A DNA stretch of 62,769 nucleotides, filler included, from Porpidia crustulata (Eukaryota): assembly GCA_964255105.1 (NCBI GenBank). It is 12 parts of 12 records of this genome, joined end to end, with 100 filler letters (N's around TTAATTAATTAA, not from the genome) between each part and the next. Parts side by side here need not be neighbours in the genome. Positions count along the whole stretch, not along the records: positions 36,793 to 41,920 come from CAXUWE010001901.1; positions 42,021 to 47,139 come from CAXUWE010001902.1; positions 47,240 to 52,353 come from CAXUWE010001903.1; 9 more parts are not named here. One strand, written 5' to 3'. The notes beneath the pieces were generated by a model. That model saw only the letters and a program-made list of their open reading frames with translations. It made no database searches and was not told the DNA's origin. The position numbers and the translations under genes were made by a program. Shown one piece after another: positions 40,707 through 52,277 of the stretch (its first letter is position 1; the number at the start of each line of letters is the position of its first letter).

Positions 40707-41870
40707 ACTCTACCGGTGCACAGTATATAGGATTGAATGGAAGCCCTTCCGTGGACCAAGACCAGAGTTTTACTTCTTCCAGTGCCAGTAAGTTGAGTCA
40801 TTCGCGAGCTGTTGTGGTACAGCCAACCCTAAAAGAAAGCCGAAGCCCAACGGAGACGAGATCAAAGAGATCAACTCACTCTTTCCCAAGCCATTGATGC
40901 ACCATTGGGGTTCACTCGATGCACAGGTTGGTTTGGCCATCTTCGATTCGCCTCCTCGCCTCCTCGCCTCCCAACCCGTTTCTATCAATCTACCGTACTT
41001 AGCGCGGGGAACCTCAACCCCCAGACAGAACCTTGTTCGCTCGCCCTGTCAAGGTTCCTCTTCATCAGTTCGACTCCACCACAATCAAAATCCCGCCATG
41101 CCATCGGAGTCTTCACGTATCATTCGGCGTCGTCCCATGTTCTTTCTGGTTGTGCTCTTATCTCTTTGTCTCCCTCCCAACTACGATACCAGTAGAACTG
41201 CGGCATCAGCAACAACTACGTCCACTGGTACGCGAGTACTGACAGCTGCAATGGCGACCCCACCGGCGGCACCGGGGATTTCCATTCAGGCGTGCGAATG
41301 GCCGTAGGAAGTTTCGGGGAGGAGACTAGAAGGATGTTGAAAAGAGGACAAGAGACAGCCTCCTTTAATGACAAACTTTCCAGAATGTCATATGACGCAA
41401 ATCTCTTCATCTTGACTATTCGATCAGAGAGCTTCCCGACCAGAACAAGTGCTCTCCCAAATGATTCCTGAATCCAAATCCGGAGTCTTCATCCCGAGTC
41501 ATTGACTTAAATGAGATAGTGATATAATCTTATTAACATCGAGAAATACTCTTAAAAAAAAAATCAAACAGTTTATAGCGTATACAAGAATTGTGCTAGA
41601 GGGGTCGCTTCCATTTGCGGCCTGGCCCAAGCACACGGGTATTACCCAGTTCTGCACACTCAGATTGCTCCATGCTTCTTGCTCTTGCTCGGCCAACATC
41701 ATCATCTTGAACCCCTTCAAAAATATTTTGAGGGCATTTTAGCAAATATTGTAGGTGTCGAACAAATGAAACATCGGGCCGAGAGGCGGGGGGCTTAAAG
41801 CGGGCCGCCACACTACCGAACCGGACCATACTAGGCTGACACGCTGACTAACCTCCTTTGGGGTCAGGTA

Positions 41871-41920
41871 ACGTAGTCTACCCTCAAACGAGACACACCC
41901 TCAAACGAGACACACCCTCA
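41871..41920 (+). mobile_element. Terminal inverted repeat of a Fot1/Pogo-type (Tc1-mariner) DNA transposon
   Basis: TA (41869-41870), then ACGTAGTCT, then tandem 17-bp direct repeats ACCCTCAAACGAGACAC (two complete, one partial). The contig breaks here. Confidence 0.65.
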
Positions 41921-42213
41921 NNNNNNNNNNNNNNNNNNNNNNNNNNNNNNNNNNNNNNNNNNNNTTAATTAATTAANNNNNNNNNNNNNNNNNNNNNNNN
42001 NNNNNNNNNNNNNNNNNNNNCCCTTTTCCCCTTGCCCCAACCCCCTCATACTTCCCAATATCGTCTCCGGGAAAAGACAAAAACGGCGACACCCCACAAC
42101 ATGCCACGAAAAAGCGCCGACGGAGCCATGGTCGTTCGGTCGACTGCACATGGGCACGGTCAGAGGACGCGGATGATGTGAAGCTGGTGGGGGAAAGCTT
42201 ACGGATCAGGGTT

Positions 42214-42647
42214 CTAGGTCGTGGGTTCAACGACGACGGGATGACCGCCGACTATATTGCGTTTCTCTGCAGGCTCAATAATGACGGGATGGCCGCCGAC
42301 GATGTTGCGCTTTTCAGTGGTGTCGACTACGNNNNNNNNNNGGTATTTTGGTGGTGTTCAGCTGTGCTGTTTTTGAGGTTTTGGTTGTTGTCTACGTGGA
42401 CGGGTTTACCGCCGACTATTTTGCGTTTCTCTGCAGGCTCAACGACGACAGGATGACCGCCGACAATATTGCGCTTTTCCGTGGTATCGACCACGACAGG
42501 ATGACCACCAACGATGTTGCGCTTCTCCGAGGTGTCGACCACGACGGGGTGACCGCCGACGATGTTTCTTTCCTCCACAGGTAAGGCTATCGCAAAACTG
42601 CCACCCGCAACGAGCGACACGGCTGCTAGGATTTGTGTGAGCTTCAT
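42214..42647 (-). CDS. Secreted Kex2-processed repeat protein (KEP), a candidate RiPP precursor
   Basis: Signal peptide MKLTQILAAVSLVAGGSFAIA, then LPVEER and 16-aa units NIVGGHPVVVDTSEKR, NIVGGHPVVVDTTEKR, NIVGGHPVVVEPAEKR. After the 10-N gap the repeat resumes as VVDTTEKR NIVGGHPVIIEPAEKR NIVGGHPVVVEPTT*, with TAG at 42214-42216. Confidence 0.88.
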
Positions 42648-43059
42648 GGCGGTAGTATGAGCCGAACGCGGTGGTCTTTAGGTGGCTATTGATGTTGGTG
42701 GGATGAATGAGATGGTCTGGAGGTGGAGTCACTGCAGCGTGCTATATCGCTTTTCTATTTAACTTATATGGGTGATAATTGCGTGACCATTTTCAAACGC
42801 ATTCCGGAAGCCGTCCTCCATGGTTCGGTGCGAAAAGCGTGGTCCAGAGGTAATCCGCTCTTCCTTGAAGCACCAATCTGAACAAGATGCTGTGCGCATT
42901 CGGTATTGCGATTAAATTTTGCACGAAGTTCGGTATCATACTCCTTGCCGAGATTGGTAGCTCTCACTTTTTCCTGTTGAACGGAAACTACGGGTCCGTC
43001 AATGACTTCGCTCGTAAAACCGTACAACGTCCTGGAACGAAATTTTCGTCACGCCACAG

Positions 43060-43083
43060 ACTTCCGGTGACAACTTCCGGTGA
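43060..43083. promoter_or_regulatory. Direct repeat ACTTCCGGTGA x2 (13-nt period), candidate Zn2Cys6 binding site
   Basis: Exact copies at 43060-43070 and 43073-43083, in the divergent promoter between the KEP gene and the TF gene. Confidence 0.45.
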
Positions 43084-44139
43084 AATCCGATCCCATCTTG
43101 TAGCCGACTTCTTTCTCATATTGTCTCATGGTGCGATGCGAGCGATGTAAGCCTGATTGGGCATTTACCAATGTCATCTGGACCGTAAAATTGATATTGT
43201 AAGACAAGACCCCAACTTATTCCCTAAGAATTGTCCTGAGCCGTTTGCGCATGGTAGCCTCACGTGGCATTTCTAGGCTTAACCTTGAAAAGGAGCGAAA
43301 AAACCGCACGGTAGGCGAGCCCTTGCTAGGATCTGCAGTCTTATTTTCGAAGTCTAACCTCCACAAAAACGATAGGACTGCTTATACGATAGGCTTCTTG
43401 ATAATTTGGTATCTCGAGACAAGCCATACAGGATCACTCTGATTCGTATATGCTGTCAACATTGTTGTAGCGTCGGATTTTCAACGTATCTGAGCCCTTT
43501 GCGCCGACGGCAGTCATTCGAGAAAGTGAACCAAATCAACTGTTCCAGAGGTGAACTTGAGCTGAACTATGTCAGCCTCTGTTGCCCGCAAGAGATCTTG
43601 CTAACGTCAGCTGTACCATGGTATAGTCAAAGCCTTTCAGGCTGCATGCATCAATAGCATTAGCGTTGGAGGTCGTATATCATGTCATCAATGTGTATTT
43701 CGATGTAACGCGGGCAGGTAGTACTCGGTTATAAGTTGCAAGGCTTACTTGATACCTGCATACACATAGGCGATGGTGTCTAGTTAAGCTTCGTACAAGC
43801 TTTCGGAATTGAAGCCTCTATACCGGGAGAGGAAAGGCGTCCGATTACTGTCTTGGCGGCCGACTGCGTGCATGATAGGGTGATAGGCAATAAGTAGATG
43901 AAGGTGATGGTAGAGTCCAATCCCTGTGATGGCGGTGAAGAGTTGACGATTCCTCACCTTTTGATGATAACGAGAAATGTCTGCAGATCCCTTTCTGCAC
44001 AGCTAGACTCATCTATTTATTTTTTGGCTTTTCTTTGTTCTTGTCGAGTCATGGCAAGATTATTCGGTCAAGTACTACTTATACATCTTTTAAGGGCTGA
44101 CGGGAAGGGTAGCCTCAGCACTTGGCGCGTTGCTTGCTA

Positions 44140-46761
44140 ATGGAGAACAAGATTGTGAGGCGCAGAGGTGCTTGTAACCAGTGTAAAATACGGAAGATCC
44201 GTTGTGAGTATATCAATGTTCGTAATTCGGATCCTTTGAACTGACCTGTTTTTAGGTGATGGTCAACAACCAAGCTGCTCTCGATGTCAAGTAAGGCACT
44301 ACGCAAGCCTCAAGTTCATGTCACTCATTGCTTTGGTGTAGAAACAAAAAGTTTGCTGCTTCTACCAAAAGCCACGGAGGCCGGCTCAAACCCTCAAAAC
44401 ACGTGCGTACCTCTTCTTGCGAAACAGAGATCCTGATTTAATTTCTCTCTGAAACTATGTAGCGTACTCTTCCCCTATTGTTCAAGAAGATGCCGTCCAA
44501 TCCGAGAGCTCCACGGTAGACACTTTCTTCCCTAGTTATGATTTTGCAGACTTGCATGACCTGGAATCTTTGCTCGGTCCTGTCCCAGATATTGAGGAGG
44601 TTAGACTCGACATTGGGATTGTCCAAGATTTTGATATATCCGATGGCGTGGAGTCCCAAATCAGTGAGCCTGAAGGAATACAATTCTTCGATGAGCATAT
44701 ACAAAAAAGCTCCGCCGTTCTCAGCGGGAAAAAAAAGCACAACTCGGTGCAAACTTTGTTCCAAACGGCCAGTAATTCTGGACTGAAAGTTGAGGCAAGC
44801 TCTGTCATGGGAGAAAAGATGCGTGTCATTACATCAAGCACCGCCTCCGGACTCTGTAAAATGCACCGATACTTACCTATCAACTAGAATGTGCACTATT
44901 CTGGTGAGGACCTTACTGGCTGCTATGAGCGACAGCAAGTTTCTCTCTAATCGATGATAGGGGACTCGTCAATATTTGCGAGCATCCTCTATTCTAGCTT
45001 ACAGGATTTAGACGATAATCTACGGCACAAGTCGATAAAGGCTCTTATGGAAAATGTGGCGGCCAGATCGTTCGAGATATCTATTACACTCAACGACATA
45101 GATGAAGAAATCCTCTGTAGACCAGTACATGACCCTATTTACCAGCCGCTCATTGTCCACCAGTATGTTGATGGTAAGATATAGTTTCGATCTTGATATT
45201 TTTGATTTGATATCGCTGATGTGGTTCGTACCCTAGCCTATTTCCAAGAGTATCAAAGGTGTGTGTGCGCTGGACAGTCCTTCGGAAGAGCGAAATATGC
45301 TAACGTCTTTAGTCGATTCCCTTATATATCCAAACTTGATTTTCGTTCTTATCTCGATCCTTTTCTGGCCAAATCCATACAGAGCAACAGTCCCACTATT
45401 CCGCTAGTCAACGCGATTCTGGCAATTGGGTGCCGTTTAGTAAAGAAATGTGATGGACTATTTCCTGATCAAATCGAGTCCGAATCCCGTGGCTATCTTC
45501 TCGCAGCTATGATGTCTCGTGGAAGCTTGATGGGAGGCCGTGCAACTATTTTAAATATTCAGGTACACTTTGGACCATCTACTGTGATATTGGGGAGTAC
45601 TGACCGCTATTCTCAAGGGACTACTGGCAATGGTATTACCTATGTTGACCCATTAGTGAAAACCATCGAACTAAATCGGGAACTAGACGATTTCTATCCA
45701 AGATCCACAAAGCTCAGCAATCGCCTTATCATTTGTATCTATGGCAGCACAATATGCATTAGACCTCAGGTTAAACCGCCTGAACGGCATGCGATCGCAA
45801 GCGAAAAGCGCGCAGGAACAGAACCTTCTGCAGAAGATATTCTGGGTGATATACTCTATCGAGAAGCCCTTGGCCATGAGACTTGGCCGCTCATCGGTGA
45901 AGCATGGCCTTGTGATTCCTCAGGACAGAACAAAAGCTAACATTATAAAGTCCATCAACGACAACTTCATCGACTTATCTCCTTGCAGCCTAGATCAAAA
46001 GTGTGGTGGCGGATCAGGCCAAGTAGACGGCCTCCTTAGTTCCTGTGAATTTGCGAAGTTGTGTTCCATTATGGAGTGTAGGCGGGTGAGCTGCAACCAA
46101 GATGAGCCTCGCGAGACCTTTGAATATTTGGATCAGACCCTGGAAGACTGGAAGCATTCATTTCCACCAAGGCCAACAACTTCGCATTCCGACCGCGCCC
46201 TGACTAATTGGTCCAATTTCGGGTCGTCTGTCAGAAATCAGTTGGAGCTTAGCCTACGATATCACGAACTACGATTCACCATCTACCAGAAGTAAATCCC
46301 ATCCCGTTCCCCACCATGAATATTTCCCATTAATCGAAAATGCAGAGGAACTCCATGCATTCAGTCCGCCCGAGAAGTTCTCGCACTAGCCCATCGCTTC
46401 GAACTCGATGACTGCTACTCGAATTGGTTCGTTCCACTCCCGTCTCCCTCCTTCCCCCCGTCATTCTTCACACCGCAATACGATCTCCCAACAACAGCTA
46501 ATCCAATCCCCCTCCTTCGTACCAACCAGATCCGTCGTGCAAGTCCCCGTCATGGCCTGCTGCACCCTGCTGCTCGACGTCTTCAGCCACGCCCGCTCTG
46601 ACGGCTTCCGCGGCCACATGGCCTTCCTCGGCATGGCCGGCGGCTGGTTCGGTCGGCTCGCGGCGTCGGCGTCCCCGCATGACTTTGCGTTCCGGGAGCT
46701 CATGGACCTGATAGCGCTTGCGCAGCAGTTCTGCGTTTCTTTGGATGAGTATCAGGCGTGA
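44140..46761 (+). CDS. Zn(II)2Cys6 transcription factor with fungal-specific TF (middle homology) domain, multi-exon
   Basis: Spliced N-terminus MENKIVRRRGACNQCKIRKIRCDGQQPSCSRCQKQKVCCFY (CX2CX6CX6CX2CX6C). Later segments LVNAILAIGC, AAQYALDLRLN, IFWVIYSIEK..RLGRSS and LEDWKHSFP. Confidence 0.85.
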
Positions 46762-47627
46762 CCATCGGCGTAGCTGTTCTCAGGGGTGTTTGGAGGAGAT
46801 CTACCGTTGACGCGGCCGGGATCACTGGTGCGTACATGTTCGTGACATTCTGGATTCCTGTTCTGGTAGGAAATGATTTGAGGAGGGACATTGGCCTCGT
46901 ACATAGTGGCGCTCGGCGGTGAAATAAATCGGGATTGCCGAAGTCTGCAACATCTATCGACGGAGTCTTATCTTCACTCATAGAAGCATGATTTATACAT
47001 ACAGGGAACATCAAACATCACAGACGCCAATAAGGCTGGCGAAAGCGTAATATTAAGTAAGCCAGCCAATCCTCCTAGAAGATCCAAACCACCGCATAAA
47101 CCCTCCAAACTTCCCCCTCACCATTTCCCCCTCAATCCCNNNNNNNNNNNNNNNNNNNNNNNNNNNNNNNNNNNNNNNNNNNNTTAATTAATTAANNNNN
47201 NNNNNNNNNNNNNNNNNNNNNNNNNNNNNNNNNNNNNNNTGGTTGGGTTTGCGACGGGCGGGGCTGATATCGAGGGTGTAGGAGTGAGCAGATGAATCAA
47301 GGGAGGGGTAATAAATAGCGGGTGACTTCGGTGAAAATGGGTTTGGAAGTCGTGCATAGAGGCTTGGTTGTCGAGGGCTTCAGATGGGAGGTTCAAGGCT
47401 TGGAGCAGCTGGTTTGAAGACGAGTGATCTCTATTCAGCATAGCTGTCACTCATGCTTCGTATTAAATGTACAATGTGGCCATCGCTTAAGGCCTTCCGA
47501 AATCGTCTTTTCCCACTCAAAACTCCGTGCGAATCCCAACGCCCTGCCATTATCGGCTTTACAGATGGTTTACATAAACACCCATCCACGGCCGTATCAT
47601 ATCACCAGATTTCGTACAATGCAAGTT

Positions 47628-49977
47628 CTATCTCCGTCCCATGTAGGATCGATAAAAGCCGTCAGCAGCATCATTGATCGGCCCATTGAATCCATTTGAC
47701 GCTCCCATCGTCTGTCCAGCTCTCTGTGCAGCAGCCACCTTTAATTGCAAAGCTGCGGCACCTTGATCGATCTGCTGTAGTTGGGTGAGATGGCTGTTGA
47801 GCACCCGAACAACTTGTGAAAGCTGGTTGGTTTATGATTAGCAAATGTGATAGACGGCCTTGTCGAATTGAGAGGTTTACTGGGTCATCAGCCTTGCTGT
47901 TTTTGTTCAGGGTGGACGAAGCATCATTGATTTCCTCAATCATGCTTCCTAGGTCCTTGCCCATATCATCCAATCTATCAGCTAGCCTCTCGGCAAGATT
48001 ATATCTTCATTTTGCAATTAGTGACAATCAGTTGGAGCTTGGCTGATTTGCTTACGTTTCTTCCCTCTCGTGATCCGGTCCCTGAAGGATCTCTCCCCGA
48101 CCAGCTTGTTCCGGAGCTAGTCTATCTAATTCTTGCTCGTAATACCCAAGCCAGGTCTCAATCTCAGATTGGTCGTTCTCTACTGCGGTCAGTTGTCTCT
48201 CTACTTCCGTTGTCGCACGTTCAGCTTCTAAGGTGCTACCATAAAGCTTCTGTATCTTCTCGCTATTCTCTACGAGCGTACGGTCCCAAGCAGCAACACG
48301 TTCTGCCTGCTTCTGGAACTCTTTTTGATACTTTGATAGATCCGAAGCCCATCTTGTGATAATTTCGTCCATAGACTTATTCTTTAACCGTGACTGAGCA
48401 GTAGGAGGTGGTCCGCTAGTCGAGGCACCAAGGTTCGCATTGGATGTTACTTTATCTGTCGAGGTACTAGCTGCAGGAGTTTGTGTTATAGGTTGAGAAG
48501 CACCAGTAGGAGCTGATGGCTTGCCGAGATCGCCGAACAAACTTAGCGATGGTGCAGGTGCTGAAATCGAAGGTGCAGATGTGCCAGTATTTGGGCCAAT
48601 CGTAGCTGGTGTCTTGTCTTTCTCGTTACCAAGGCCCGAGAAGAGCCCGCTGGTAAATGTGCTTGTTGAAGGTGCTGCAGAAGCAGTGGCAGAGGGCCCA
48701 GATGACGCCGTTTGACCGAATAAGCTTGAATTTGGTGGGGCTGTCGTAGGTGTCGCAGCTGCATTTCCCCCGCCAGGCTGTGACCCGGGCAAGGGGAAAC
48801 TGAACGGAGGGTTCGTCTTGGCACTCGCTGAGGCTAAAGAAGGTATAGCCCCCGAGGATTGATCACTCGATGGAGGGAACAGACTGGGTTTTGCTGCATC
48901 TCCTTGAGCATTATCATTACTACCTGCTTGGGGGTTGTTTTGATTTCCAGGCATACTGCCTCCGGCCTGAGGAGCCTTCTGATTTCCAAATAGGTTTGAG
49001 GCGTTGTTGCTCTGAGAAGCTCCAAAAAGACCTCCTGCGGGCTGTACACTCGTATTCGTTGGATTCAAAGCCGCTGGCTTGTTCGCGCCAAATAGATTGC
49101 TCGTCGATTGTGTACTCGAAGTGACCGCATTCGAATCTGGCGGCTTGCTCAACCCAAATGAGCCACTTGGGGGTTGTGCACTCGAAGTCATCGCGGTTGG
49201 TTCTTGAGACTTGCTCACTCCGAAATGACCGCCTGATGTTTGGGGAAAGCCGCCGAAAGAGCTGCCTAATGCTGCTGCTCCACTAGATTTCTGTGCTGTA
49301 GCACCTAAATTTCCGAAGCCACTCGAGTTCGTAGCATTTCCAGGTTGCGGGTTATTCAGTTTAAAGATTGATCCAGTGCTGGGCCCCGCCCCAGCGTTAC
49401 TCGGTGGTGGGGGTCCTGCTGGGGTAGTCGAACCAAACGAAAACCCTGTACTCGACTTGCTTGCCGGTGTCGCGTTCACTTGTCCAGACGGCGCACTAGA
49501 GCCTGCGTTGCCAAACAAAGCTCCAATTCCAGTACTGGCTGCGGCGCCGAAAAGACCCGTACCCTGACTACCACCCGAGCTCTCTGTAGGTTTGTTCGGT
49601 GTCGAGAAGCCTGCGAATCCTGAAGACGAGCCTGTATTCGGAACATTACCGGTCAACCCGGGGCCAAAGCTAAACACACTGAGAACCGACTTACCGCCTG
49701 CACCGAATATTTTACTACCACCACTAGCTTGTTGACCTACTCCGAATTGCGCAGAATTGTCGGGATTTGCGCCAAATAATGAGTTTGTGGGAGCCGCAGC
49801 GGTGTTACTTCCAAAAAGATTTAAAGTCGAGGTCGATGAAGGGTTGCCACTTGAGCCGAATGAAATTCCTGGTTTGGAATTGGTCGAGGAGGGCTGGCTA
49901 AATAGATTGCTGGATCCTCCACTGGTAGCTGCTGTGTTGAAGGAAAATGTAGGGACTGATTTCGGAGGGTCCGACAT
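47628..49977 (-). CDS. NSP1: FG-repeat nucleoporin Nsp1/Nup62
   Basis: FG/FSFG-rich N-terminus and a C-terminal coiled coil LKNKSMDEIITRWASDL..WDRTLVENSEKI..LSQVVRVLNSHLTQLQ. Confidence 0.92.
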
Positions 49978-50247
49978 GGTGATATGAAGCAAGGGATGGC
50001 CGTCTCTGCGCTGCAGCCCACCGTTAGTCGCTGGCCCTCTTAAGCTTGCTGTTTACTTACAGATATGCAATGTTTGCGTGTCAATTCCTGAGTGACGGGT
50101 TTGGTACCTCCGGTAATTTCGGAGAGACGCGATTGAAGCGAACAAGCGCGAAGCTGCTAGCGTGAATTGCTTAGATATGACACAACGTTTGATGTAAATC
50201 CACAACTTCTTCGGCGTTCTGTCATAAGAGATAGGATCATTGCAGAA

Positions 50248-52277
50248 ATGGCTGATATACCAAGTCTGGCTAAAAGCCCGACACTTCAGCCACCTCGAAA
50301 GAGTGTCGAGCTCGAGGACCCGGGTGCACACGAGCTAGGTGGGTTTTGACAAAGTGTACGGACCTATCTTTGAGATCTTGTACTGAATCTATGCAAGGAT
50401 CAGACAATGAAGAAGACGTCTTTGCGGATGCCCAGGAAGGGCAGAAAACTTCATCCGATGCGGGTACGGCTCCACAGTCTCCTATACCAATTACCAGAGT
50501 CGAAAAGGTCAATCAAGTTGCAATTGCACATGATTAGGGAGATATGCTGATCTGGGTTCAAGGTTGACAATAAGGACAGCTACGGGGATATCCCTGGAAC
50601 AGAAGCATATGACATGCGTGCTCAAGATGCTATCCCAGACGAGCTCGAGGTAATACCAGAGACTGCGGCACACAGGCCTAGCATGAGCAACCAAGATTCA
50701 GCAACCGGCTCGATAGGAATAACAATACCCAAGACTGTGGTCGAAACAGTAGACCCAATAAACTCAGGCCACGGGAACTTTTGGGGACAAGCAGCACACT
50801 CTACTCATAGAGCAGATGCAGTCCCTAACGTAGTCATGCAAGCTCCTAACAGTACACAAAACTCTTCACATCCATCAGCTACGAGCAGCGTCTTGAAGGA
50901 GCCACCCGTGCCGAAGACTGTGGTGACGAAAGTGGATGGAAAACCCAGTCATGGTGAGGTACCAGGCACGGAGGCTCATGAGATACGGAAAGCAGACGCG
51001 GAGCCTGACGCAATCGAGAAAAAAGGCGATGTGTCTGGTAAGTCTATTTCTTCGCCAGCTACTGTCTAGCGAACGATTGACCGAATCAGGTTTAACGACA
51101 TCTTCTTTGAGTAGATCCACAATTCCCACCCCAAAACGCAGAAAGCAGTCACTAGGGGGCTCTCCAATTGCCGCAGACGGGGGATTCGGGCCAATGGATT
51201 ACGAGGAGTCTCCTGAATCTAGCGGGGACACATCTGGTGACATAGATCCCGCTAATATGGAGGGAGAGGTAAATGAGGAGGATGTGGAGGAAGCAGAGGA
51301 AGGTTTCGGTGACGACTTTGACGACTTTGAAGCTGGAGCTGAGGGCGATGATTTTGGCGAATTTGATGAGGGTTTTCGAGAGTCCGGGGAGCCCCAGCGG
51401 GAAACAGCAAAGCATGTTGAACCAGATCCCCCGTCACCATCTCCTTTTGTAAGTAGATTCATAATTAAAAATCCAAGTCATCAATCGCCATTTACGTCTT
51501 CCATCGCCGATGAAGTCATGGAATATGCTAATTAAAACCCTCTGAACCCGACAGCCACTTCTCGACTTCGCCTCACTAGACTCTCTAGATTCCCTCGTTA
51601 ACGCGATATCCCCTCAGCTCAACGCCATCTTTCCCTCCACCACTAAAGACCTTCCACCTCCACCCGAGATTCCCCCATCGTCCGCGAACCCTATCTTCCT
51701 GACTCCCCGCTCTACATCCCTCTACACCCAGCTCTCAGCTCCCCCAACTCTACAGCCACCAAACTGGCTCCGCTCCCGCATCCGCCGCCTCTTCCTCGTC
51801 TCCCTCGGCGTCCCCGTCGATCTCGATGAAATCTTACCGGCCAGCAAGCAAAAGAAGCTCGTCCTCCCCAGCACCACCGGCGGCAGGCTTCGAGGCGACT
51901 CGCCCCGCTCCTCCACCCTCGACAGACTAAAACAGAACCCCAATGCCTCCCGCACCTCGCTCGACGCCCCGGGAAGCCGCACCGCTTCCCCCTCGACCTC
52001 GTCGAAAAAGCGCCGCACCCAGCGATCGCCCGCCCCGCCTCCCAACCTCTCGCTCTCGGAAACGCGAAATCTATGCTCGACGACGGAGGCGGCGCTTAAC
52101 GGCATGGATGACGAGGAGCTCCGAGCGCATGTGCAGAGGCTGGAGGAGGTCACGCACAGAGCGAGCGAGGTGCTCGAGTATTGGCTGAGGAGGAAGGATG
52201 AGGGGATGAGGGAGAAGGAGGCGTTTGAGGGCGTGATTGAGAATTTGGTGCGGCATGCTCGGAGGATTAGGAAATGA
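50248..52277 (+). CDS. DUF5102 / Laa2 (YBL010C)-like AP-1 accessory protein, multi-exon
   Basis: Acidic FGDDFDDFE/DDFGEFDE motifs and C-terminal LYTQLSAPPTLQPPNWLRSRIRRLFLVSLGVPVDLDEILPASKQKKLVL..EKEAFEGVIENLVRHARRIRK*. Confidence 0.75.

Noticed and set aside
42250..42560. HPVVV/HPVII resembling the calcineurin-docking PxIxIT (VIVIT) peptide
   Set aside because: Position 5 is Asp/Glu rather than hydrophobic, and the peptide is secreted, so the match is superficial.
42214..42570. 48-bp repeats as a CRISPR array or non-coding minisatellite
   Set aside because: Eukaryotic DNA, no unique spacers, and variation is largely synonymous within an ORF that has a signal peptide.
42214..42647. Repeat protein as an alpha-factor mating pheromone precursor
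   Set aside because: There are no X-Ala/X-Pro Ste13 spacers after KR, and the cores lack the Trp/Cys..GQPC-type pattern of Pezizomycotina alpha-pheromones.
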